64,000 bases of DNA, from positions 397,891 to 461,890 of the forward strand of contig CAWHAE010000014.1 in assembly GCA_963827235.1 (NCBI GenBank). Reading direction: 5' to 3'. Positions 55,358-64,000 of the stretch are shown one piece after another. The stretch comes from an uncultured bacterium (lineage in GTDB: Bacteria; Chloroflexota; UBA5177; JANWHV01). Numbering within the stretch: position 1 is the stretch's first letter; every line of letters starts with the position of its first letter. A model generated the notes under the pieces. It ran no database searches. It saw only the letters and a list, made by a program, of their open reading frames with translations, and was not told where the DNA came from. The position numbers and the translations under genes were made by a program.

Positions 55358-55867
55358 TCAAGTATGACACTTTTCTGAGGCTAGATAAAACTTCATGTTT
55401 GGGGTCCCACAAAGAATATACAACGTGCTTCCCCTTCTTACGCCCCAGATTCGTTGCGTCCCGGCGACATGCAAGGAAAACAACTTCTCTTCGTCATCCT
55501 TTCCAATCTCACGCAGTCGGTCGCACGCCACCTTTTCCATTCGGCTAACGGGCATGTCGTGGTTCTTGGCGCGACGCTTATCGCGCCCCCCATATTGATC
55601 GTTCAGAACTTCTTTCCATTTTCGTTTCTCGTTGGCCTGCAAACACATAACAGCGTCATACAAAATCTCGTCTGGAGAAGCTTTTCTCCATCCGAAATAC
55701 CCGTCCATGTCGATATAACTTCTGTTGACCTCCCAGCGAAACCGCTCTTCACGAAAATCGACAGGAACCTGAACATTCCTCGCCCCAGTTCCCGGAGGCG
55801 CCTGAACATTCCTCGCCGCCCTTTCCTGCCACGGAATTTCATTGTGTTTTGGTTTTTTAGGCGACAT
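55358..55867 (-). CDS. putative RelE-like toxin partner (PanT) of Panacea antitoxin, frameshifted near C-terminus
   Basis: LFSLHVAGTQRIWGVR..TLYIL, with WDPKHEV in another frame; directly downstream of the Panacea gene. Confidence 0.6.
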   Translation of the reverse strand: MSPKKPKHNEIPWQERAARNVQAPPGTGARNVQVPVDFREERFRWEVNRSYIDMDGYFGWRKASPDEILYDAVMCLQANEKRKWKEVLNDQYGGRDKRRAKNHDMPVSRMEKVACDRLREIGKDDEEKLFSLHVAGTQRIWGVRRGSTLYILCGTPNMKFYLASEKCHT

Positions 55868-55882
55868 CTACCGGCGCCAGCA

Positions 55883-56314
55883 CTACAGGCTGGAATAATA
55901 CTCGGCCATTGCCGCGTGCGTTATCTCTTTGTCGCCACGTTCTCCTGACGCCAGACCGACCCTTGCATTTTTCCAGGGAGCCTCTAGGTGGGTTAGGTCG
56001 GCTAGGTACTGAGCGCGCATGTCGCCATAATGCTTCAGCACCGCATCAATCGTCTCTCGGGCAGTGGCGTCGAGATTTGCGACGCGCCCTAGAGGCATCT
56101 CGGATATTTCAAATTGACCCTTATGCGCGTCGTACAACTCGCGGACAACCGGCCCGTTGGCCCACGCAAGAATCTTTTCTTTGAACAGCGGGCGTTCGTC
56201 CCACACGAGGGACCACGCTTGGCAGTAATAGACGAGCTTCTGCAACTTCAACACGGTCATGGGGCCGTGTTGTCTCAGAATATACTTTGCTACGTCGAGT
56301 GCCGTTGCTGTCAT
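55883..56314 (-). CDS. Panacea-domain antitoxin (DUF4065/SocA/GepA)
   Basis: LKLQKLVYYCQAW, AWANGPVV and LTHLEAPW motifs. Confidence 0.92.
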   Translation of the reverse strand: MTATALDVAKYILRQHGPMTVLKLQKLVYYCQAWSLVWDERPLFKEKILAWANGPVVRELYDAHKGQFEISEMPLGRVANLDATARETIDAVLKHYGDMRAQYLADLTHLEAPWKNARVGLASGERGDKEITHAAMAEYYSSL

Positions 56315-56589
56315 TTTCCTGCGCCTCTAGTTACATTGTTTTTGCAGGAAGAAATCTTGTTGTTGTGCGCCATCGTCGCCAGCTTCCTCAGCGCTAAGTT
56401 TACCGCATAATGACTGTTAGTCAAGAGCAAAATTCCAAAAATCTTTGCGTTAACGCGGCCTTCGGCGATTTCTCTCACTGTGAGGAGTAGATTCTATGGG
56501 GATCATCTTCTCTCAGCCAGGGAACTCCACGCTGAATCTACGCGCCACAATCGGCGCGAAATAATTATAAAATAATTTTACGAATATAC

Positions 56590-56618
56590 TTGACTACCCA
56601 GGCGAAACGTGTTACATT
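56590..56618 (+). promoter_or_regulatory. transposase promoter
   Basis: TTGACT-N17-TACATT, then AAGGAG RBS before ATG at 56646. Confidence 0.55.
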
Positions 56619-56645
56619 AAGCTTGTAAGTAAGGAGAACGACAGA

Positions 56646-57551
56646 TGGATGACAAGGTAACGATCAGCGCCTTCCAGTTTTTCGAAATGTTTCCCGACCA
56701 GGAAGCGGCCCGTCTGTCATCTTGAAGGCCAGCTTTGGCCGAACGGCCCGGTCTGCCCGCAGTGCGGCGGCAAGGATATCACGGCGCGTAAGGGCGGTTA
56801 CTACCGCTGCAACCCCTGCCGGTTCGACTTCACGTCCGCACGGGCACGATCTTCGAGCGGTCGCACGTCCCCTTGCACAAATGGCTCTACGCGATGTACC
56901 AGCTCGTCACGGCCCGCAAGGGCGTGTCATCGCTCCAACTTTCCAAGGAACTCAGCATCACGCAGAAATCGACGTGGTTCATGCTTCACCGGCTGCGCGA
57001 AGTCTGCGGCAACGATTCGATCAAGCTGGCGGGCATCGTCGAGATCGACGAGACGTTCGTCGGCGGGAAAGAGGCGAACAAGCACAAGAGCAAGAAACTC
57101 AACGCCGGCCGCGGGACCGTCGGCAAGGCGATCGTGCTCGGTATGCGCGAACGCGGCGGCGAAGCGCGGGCGATGGTGATTGCGGAACCGCCCAGCGATA
57201 TTCAGTCGGAAGTCACCGCCAACGTCGCGCCCGGCTCGACGATCTGCACCGACGAACACCCGGCCTACAACGGCATGGAGCAGTTCACGCATCTTTCGGT
57301 CAACCAAGCGCCAACGAGTTCGTGAACGGCATGGCGCATACGAACGGCCAGGAAAGCGTCTGGGCGCTGTTGAAGCGCGGAATCTACGGCGTGTTTCACC
57401 ACGTCAGCGTCAAGCATTTGGGGCGGTACGTCAACGAATCGACGTTCAGGCTCAACGATGGTAATGTGCGTCGTCAGACAATGGATCGGATCGCCAGCAT
57501 CGTTGAAGGACGCCGGGCCATCGCCTGACGTACAGGAGGTTGACGGCGTGA
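56646..57551 (+). mobile_element. IS1595-family (ISXO2-like DDE) transposase, multiple frameshifts
   Basis: WPNGPVCPQC Zn ribbon, RKGVSSLQL, VEIDETFVGG, TDE, HTNGQESVWALLKRG, KHLGRYVNE, RLTY. Confidence 0.9.
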
Positions 57552-57676
57552 TCGAATGACTCGAAAAGTTGAACCAGTTCGCCAAGCTGGTTCTCGCGTA
57601 CCGGCCGAAGAAGAAGCGGAAGAAGAAGGCGCGACGCCGGACGCTGAATCCGAAGACGAAAGTGCGCGGGAGATAG
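57548..57676 (+). CDS. small basic peptide coupled to the transposase (in-frame TGA at codon 4, possibly an error)
   Basis: AGGAGG RBS; GTGA overlap with transposase stop; LEKLNQFAKLVLAYRPKKKRKKKARRR. Confidence 0.45.
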
Positions 57677-57812
57677 CCGCCGCCGCATCGGCGAAGAAAA
57701 AGAACGCGAGCAAACCGCCGAACGACGGGGGTTGACCGCCTTCGCGATTTGATGGTACACAACATTTGCACCGGGACTGTTACGACTAAATAACTCCATA
57801 AGGAAAAACGAA

Positions 57813-58602
57813 ATGACCGTTTGCATAGCTGCTTTGTGCGGAGGCGGCGAGGCAATAGTCGTCTCGTCAGATCGCATGATAACGGCCGGTCCTCCGATGA
57901 ACCTTGAATTTGAGCACGACGTGAAAAAGATCGACGTGCTGGGCGGGCGGTTCGTTACTATGAGTTCGGGAGATGCTTTGATCGGAACGACCATCAATGA
58001 CAGCGTTTCCGAATCATTGGCGAAGGCTCCCACCGCCGACATATGGGCCACCGCCGAGTTTTTGAAGAAAAGTTACACTGACACAAGAACTCGCGTCGTC
58101 GAGGATCAAAACCTTCGGCCGATCAACTATTCTTTCGCTACCTTCCAATCCGAAGGGCAAAAGCAAATTCCGCCGCAAATATACGGTCAGATATTGCAAG
58201 GCATTGGCACCTTCACTGTAACATTGAATTTATTGTAGCGGGCATGTCTGGTGCGCGCGGGCATATCGGCTCTGTACATCATCCGGGTCTGCTGAAATGG
58301 TGGGACCGGCTCGGATTTCACGCAATCGGCTCAGGCGGGATTCATGCGTCGATGTCGTTAAATCGGACATTCGATCACGGCGACACTTGAAGAAACGGTG
58401 TTTCGGGTTTATGCTGCTAAAAAGAAGGCGGAAGTCGCGCCGGGAGTTGGCTGCCAGACGGAACATGATGATCGTGACGGCTGGCGGAGTTCAGGAGATT
58501 AAACAGGAGATTCATCCTGTGCTGGACCGCGTTTATGCCGCGACGAAAACGCAAGATGCAGTGAACCTTGAAGAAATCAAGGAGGCGCTAAATGCAAAAT
58601 AA
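57813..58602 (+). CDS. proteasome-beta/HslV-like Ntn-hydrolase (about three frameshifts)
   Basis: Stitched across frames: N-terminal M-T, SSDRMIT, KKI, SGD, EFIVAG, FHAIGSG, EVAPGVG. Confidence 0.75.
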
Positions 58603-58789
58603 GCCGTTCGATCACACTTTTCCGCAACCGTCGGATGCGATCATTGATCCGAATTTTATATTTCACGTCGATGAAGACGAAATACAACGGGATCAAGCTG
58701 CAAACGATTTCCCCGAAACCGATTTTTTCTTTGTCCGCATCGACCTTCCCACCGGGCCTCCACCAGGGCGAGACGTGCTTGTAAAATAA
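58592..58789 (+). CDS. small acidic hypothetical protein
   Basis: Start overlaps the protease stop by 11 nt; GGAGG RBS; Asp/Phe/Pro-rich. Confidence 0.4.
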   Translation: MQNKPFDHTFPQPSDAIIDPNFIFHVDEDEIQRDQAANDFPETDFFFVRIDLPTGPPPGRDVLVK

Positions 58790-59192
58790 AATGGGCCGTC
58801 TGCAATGGTCGCCGCTTAGACCGATCACATTTGACGGCCGCGCTTCCTCTGCCGCGTGGTCCAAGGTTCACTCCGCGTCGGGCCGGCGACTACGAGTATT
58901 GAATCAGGGTTTTTAGCGGACGACAGTGAATGCAGGAATTCGCGCGTTCATGCTCCGCATCCAAGACGTTCCTTCCGTCGAAGAAATCGCGGACTCCTTC
59001 AGCCAAGCAATGACGTGATGAAGGAAGTAAAGAGGCGGCTTCCACGGGCGTCCGAGAAAGTCTATCCGCCGTTGAGGCCGAGCGCGGTCAAGGGCTGGTT
59101 TATGGTTTAGGCGATCCGTCTTTGCGGATCGCCGTGCGTTTTCAAGGGGTCCACCTTGACGCGGGATTGGCGAGGGGGTGTAATGCGCCAAC

Positions 59193-59529
59193 ATGCAGAA
59201 CAAGTCACTGAACCAGGGCCTCGCCGCCGCCAAGGCGGCCAAGCAGGACGAGTTCTACACTCAGTACATCGACATCCAAAAAGAGGTCGAGGCATACCTG
59301 GAGTTCGACCCCGACACCTTCCGTGGCAAGGTCGTCTACTGCAACTGCGACGATCCCTTCGAAAGCAACTTCTTCAAGTACTTCGCCGCCAACTTCAACA
59401 AGCTCAGGCTGAAAAAGCTCGTCACCACCAGCTACGACGGCTCCCCAATCGCCGGCGCAAACTCACATTGGTGAGTACAACGAGGGCAACGGCAAGCGCC
59501 AAAAGCCCAAGGCGATTGCCGTCGAGATC
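59193..59529 (+). CDS. EcoRI-family adenine methyltransferase, N-terminal fragment
   Basis: AKQDEFYTQY.DI and KVVYCNCDDPFESNFFKYF; breaks at ~59530. Confidence 0.85.
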
Positions 59530-59530
59530 G

Positions 59531-61408
59531 GGGTTGGTAGCTTCCCCTTTGCCAATATCGCGAGTTGGAGAGCCTCTTGATATTCACCCCGTCGATAAAA
59601 ATTCTGTGATCTCCAAATAAGTAATATTGCCTCAAGCTCAGAACTCAGTTCAAGCGTATGAGCCTCAAGTAGTTAATGCATCTAATCCTTTAAGCTCCTC
59701 TCGATCTTCTCCTTCAACCACTTGCCTTAGGATGTTCACAATACGGTGACTCCGTGCAGAACACCATTCAGTAGGTTGCGCAAATTCGCGGGTCAAATCC
59801 AATAGCGACTTTGCATAACTAATATCGAAAATCATACTTTCAATCACGCGCTTTACTAAAAATCTTAATCGCGCTATCTTCGTTGTACCAGCATAAAGCA
59901 TTGAGAGTATCAAACGTTGAATTGCGCCAGCGCGGTTCACTAACACGTTCTGAAAGTATTGACAAGCTGTTAGTCAAACTTTCCCAAACTGGTAGGTAGT
60001 ATGCGACAATTTTTTCTCCGATGGCACGCGCAGTTGTTTCATCTGTTGTTCTTAAATCTTGTCGGACAAAGTCGCGAACGATCTCGTGTAATTTCCTGTC
60101 TGGAAGTATGAAACTATAACGTGATTCGAGAGTTTGCAGAACTTTCTTAGTCGAAATCTCTTCAGGCAGCTTCCATGTGGCACGTAGCCCGCCATTATCC
60201 CAGTTGCGCAACATTGCAAGACCACGACCCTCTCTAAATCATTTTCCTCTTTTAGGCAGTATCGCAAGAAACGTTGCGTTACAAGTGCAACCATTTCCTG
60301 TGTTGAGAAGATAGAAGAGTTTTTCGGAGGAACATTTCCTCACGTACTCAATCCCCAAGTTCAATAATGCTTGGGTTACTAATTGAACAGCATACGGTAC
60401 GCCTCTTGCAAGTTCTTGTATGAAGTCTATGAGTTCTTGTTTGGGTTCTAACCCTTGATGACTAATATAATCAGCAATTTCGGGGTTGGCAAATCTTGAA
60501 ATGTTCCATGGGGTTGGGGGAGGTCACTTAAACGATCTGCATATCCTAATCGTCTTGAATTTCCATCCCCAAAATCAACTTGGCGCTCCCGATATTGATG
60601 GTGTTGACCACTAACAATAAAGATGATGGATTTTCTTGTTTCGATTGCGGGGCAAACGATTACATCTCTTAACCATTCTTCCAGCTTAGGCGAGAGTATT
60701 TCACAGGTATCAAATAATATAACGAGTGGCTTACTTGACGATGTTTCTGCAATAGCCTTTACCAGTTTTCGTGATAAATGTTTATCATCCTCTTTGTATA
60801 GCATCCCTTCGTCTGCCTTGATTCGTCCTGTGGAGACTAGCCAATCGGCAAAGTTATCTTCGGCGTGCGCCAATGCATCTGCACCTATATTTACTAACTT
60901 TCCAACTCCCCTCACCGCAGACCCCAATTCATTACCTTTTTCCCCGCCTGCTCCTCCGGCAACATCTTGTAAGGCATCAACAATTGATAGCCATTTTTCT
61001 TGATTTTCCTGTTGCAAGCGTTGGACACGCTCTTTTACATACTTGATTTGCTTTTGAATCCTTAGAAATTCTGCTGTGCTTTTCTCGCCATAAATGCTCT
61101 TTAAGTGCTCTACAATAATATTCATCATTTCAATTTCATCTGTTGGCCCAGTGTCAGCACGGTCCCAATCAATTTCAATTGTTGCCCAGCCTTCATCTTT
61201 GGCGCATTTAGCATTTTCTTGATAACCGAATTCTACCAATACCTCCAATTCCATATGGTAAAAATACCTGCGGCTTTACTTTAGTGTTTGGTTTAACGAA
61301 TATTTGAACCCATGACTTGCGCGATTCTATGGCTCTCTCGAATTGCTCAAGTTCGAGTTTTCTCCCCACAAATTTTTCGGTTGTCGAAGATATTTGTTGA
61401 TCAAGCAT
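59531..61408 (-). CDS. STAND-class P-loop NTPase, frameshifted and 3' truncated
   Basis: FVGRKLELEQF, YGIGGIG Walker A, VILFDTCE Walker B, ARGVPYAV (GxP), LHEIVRDF winged-helix motif. Confidence 0.75.
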
Positions 61409-61504
61409 TGCTCCCTCCTATTTTATAGTGGGAACTCTAATTTTCATTGATTAGCGAATTTTAGCACGATTTTCTTATTTTCAGTATATTATCTGACGGA
61501 ATAA

Positions 61505-61532
61505 ATAAAAGCCCGCCTCTCATCGAGACGGG
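61505..61532 (-). terminator. intrinsic terminator
   Basis: CCCGTCTC-GATGA-GAGGCGGG followed by CTTTTATTT on the minus strand. Confidence 0.65.
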
Positions 61533-61592
61533 AACAAATCATAATGGGTCACTTGTCAATGGAGCGAAGTATTAGGGACTGCGTACCCTTTG

Positions 61593-62566
61593 TCAGGTTT
61601 TGCTATTATGTTCCATTGTTATAACTACTTTTCCTTTAGCATGTCCTTCTCCAGAGATACCGGAGCGCTTCAGGGACTTGATTGAACGGGTAGCAGCGAT
61701 CTATAACAGGTTTGATCTTGCCCGCTTCCAGAAGCTCTTTAGAATAGCCAAATCTTTCTGGTTCACTTTCGCCGATACGGATCCCATTTTCCTGCCCCGG
61801 TTTCTGACATCCGTGACCCCAAAAGCATAGCCTGGAATATTTGCGCCATGGAACCACCGGCCATAACATAAATACCCTTGGGAGTTAAGGCACGTTTATA
61901 AGCTGAAATCGGACGATATCCGTTAGCAGCCAGAATCAGATCATACTGCTGCCCATTTTTGGTGAAATCTTCTTTAGTATAGTCAATGACATGGTCTGCC
62001 CCAAGCGAGCGTGCCATATCCAAATTCTTCGTGCTGCAAACGGCCGTGACTTCAGCGCCGAACGATTTGGCAATCTGCACCGCAAACGTTCCCACCCCAC
62101 CTGACGCGCCATAAATCAAAACTTTTTGCCCAACTGAATCTGCCCGTCATCGCGCAAACCCTGCAGGGCAGTGATTGCCGCCATGGGTACAGCCGCTGCT
62201 TCCTCAAACGAAGATTGGCCGGTTTCAGCGCCAATACTCTTTCAGGAACAGATACATACTCGGCAAAACTGCCATTACCACATGCAAATACCTCATCACC
62301 GGCTGAAACTGCTTGACGTTTCTGCCAACTGATTCAATCCGCCCCGCTAAGTCAGCGCCGAGTCTCGTGTTTTTCGGTTTGAACAGCCCTCCGCCTGTCA
62401 GGCGAATCAAGAATACGTCAGCGGTCAGGAAATGCCAATCATATGCATTTGCGGACGCCGCATGAACTTTTATCAAGACTTCATTGTCCTTGGGCATAGG
62501 TTTTTCTACTTCCTTGAACTGCAGAACATCAGGTGATCCGTATTTTGTGTACACAATCGCTTTCAT
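61593..62566 (-). CDS. NAD(P)-dependent MDR-family alcohol dehydrogenase/quinone oxidoreductase (frameshifted)
   Basis: [43 protein letters not shown]. Confidence 0.88.
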
Positions 62567-62615
62567 GGTTTTTCTCCTAGTTTACTTTGATGTGCTTACT
62601 TTATCTCGTTTATAT

Positions 62616-63320
62616 CTATTTGACTAGAACTGTGGAAACAATTGCAGATGGATTGAATCCTTTAACCATGAGCCATACTGCCAAAACCATTTCTTGCAAG
62701 GCTATGGGAAGATTGATCCTTATCTGGATTGGCTTGATATGTCTGGCTGGCTGTGGAACACTACCAACATGCCTGCTGCGATGCCCAATGTGACTCCAAC
62801 AAGGCCCCAGCCTGATAGCCAGCGAGGGAATGAGCTTTGATTGATAGAATATATAATAATACATCATAGGACCTAAGTAGAAAGCCAATGCCCCAATCAA
62901 GCTCGCCCAATCCTGAACTGCCAGTAATAATGCACCTGAGGTTTGAAAATAAGCCAAGTCCGACGCTCCAGCTTTTACAAATTCTTGGCTTAGTGTCAAT
63001 AGTAATAGTACGCCGATTACACCAACAATATAAAGCAGTCCCTCAATAATTCTGAAGCCGACAGATCCGAGGGCGTAGGATTTATTATGTTTTTTTTAAA
63101 GATCGGATACAGCGAATTACCAATAAAAATTAGATAAAAGCTGCGATTAACTGAAAAAGTGCTCCTATTAAAACTTGGTTTTCATTGGGCAGGGGTCTAA
63201 AAAGATAATCTGGATCATGTATAAATCCAAAAAGGGGAGGCTTAGTAAATCCGTAACCGTCGCAATTATAAATAGCACTCCCACAATTATTGCGGTCTTT
63301 CTGTTTGTATTTATTTTTTT
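62616..63320 (-). CDS. DUF4386-like membrane protein (frameshifted; start uncertain)
   Basis: NRKTAIIVGVLFIIAT and PIALQEMVLAVWLMVKGFN. Confidence 0.7.
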
Positions 63321-63500
63321 ATCTCCTTCTTGAATGCTACGATTGATCACGATCAATTCATTCCTAAATAGTTTACGACATTACATCCTGAAAGTTGTAA
63401 AATCTAACTCGTGATTAGGCTGCAGACTTGTTGCTAATATGCAATAACCCCTCATCGAATTCAATACAAAAGCCGTTCCGATGCGAGAAGGGAACAAGTC

Positions 63501-63938
63501 TCAGAATAACGACCAAATAAATGCAATCAATGCTAATGGCAGAAGAATATAACTTCCATATGCTCCCGGCGGGGAATTAACTTGGAATGGCTTTATTCTT
63601 CCTGCCGCGATTCGAAAAACCTGCTGGAAGGACTACAACTAAAAGCATCGTCGGGAACGAGAAATTGATAGCGCAGAATAACCAGCCAATCAAGCAGAGC
63701 CAGTAAAAGTTGTATCGCACCCCATTGAGCGAAGATCGCAATCAAGTTTTTTCCGCCGTCTACGTTGACATCCATACCAAACGTAATGGAACGCGCGCCT
63801 TCTTGTCAGCGGCGAAGATGTGAATCAAACTTTGGACCGTGCCGATGATCGTGACGACAAATTCCGGAAAAATAAAAAGGGAATTGGCGAGCCGGTATAA
63901 CCAGCATTCACGATGGGAAAGAGACGAAACCAATCCAT
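63501..63938 (-). CDS. hypothetical membrane protein (frameshifted)
   Basis: Stitched: SLIHIFAAD, NLIAIFAQWG..QLL, PPGAYGSYILLPL. Confidence 0.55.
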
Positions 63939-63973
63939 AAGTTTCCTTTTGTTTTTGATTTTATCAAATTAAC

Positions 63974-64000
63974 AAATAACCCCGCCTCAATAGAGACGGG
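63974..64000 (-). terminator. intrinsic terminator-like hairpin
   Basis: CCCGTCTC-TATT-GAGGCGGG then GTTATTT; near copy of the hairpin at 61505-61532. Confidence 0.55.

Noticed and set aside
55768-55817. 17-bp direct repeat CCTGAACATTCCTCGCC
   Set aside because: In-frame duplication (ARNVQ) in the toxin N-terminus; no sign of a separate function
57557-57559. Selenocysteine or readthrough at the in-frame TGA
   Set aside because: No evident SECIS-like hairpin; region is error-rich

Overview
Positions 1-54.8 kb are GC-rich core genome of a probable Chloroflexota bacterium, judged from the lineage-type inserts in RpoB, RpoC and S12. This part carries housekeeping genes (pdp, guaB, darA/pstA, tmk, pfk, scpAB), a near-complete str-S10-spc-alpha ribosomal cluster on the minus strand (no infA), rpoBC with several indel frameshifts, and the start of the atp operon. 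At about 54830 atpF breaks off and at least two foreign, indel-rich blocks follow, probably chimeric or low-coverage long-read sequence. The first block is a beta-propeller gene interrupted by an IS1595-family element, with a Panacea toxin-antitoxin pair, a proteasome-beta-like Ntn protease with a small coupled ORF, and a truncated EcoRI-family methyltransferase. The second is an AT-rich block with a STAND NTPase, an MDR oxidoreductase and membrane proteins. The most notable observations are an unannotated 56-aa basic Cys4 protein gene with its own promoter upstream of rpoB (candidate ribosomal protein), a ~160-aa tandem-repeat insertion in RpoC, the IS1595-associated Panacea TA plus proteasome-like protease module, and long structured spacers in the ribosomal operon. 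All family assignments come from motif recognition by eye; no searches were run.
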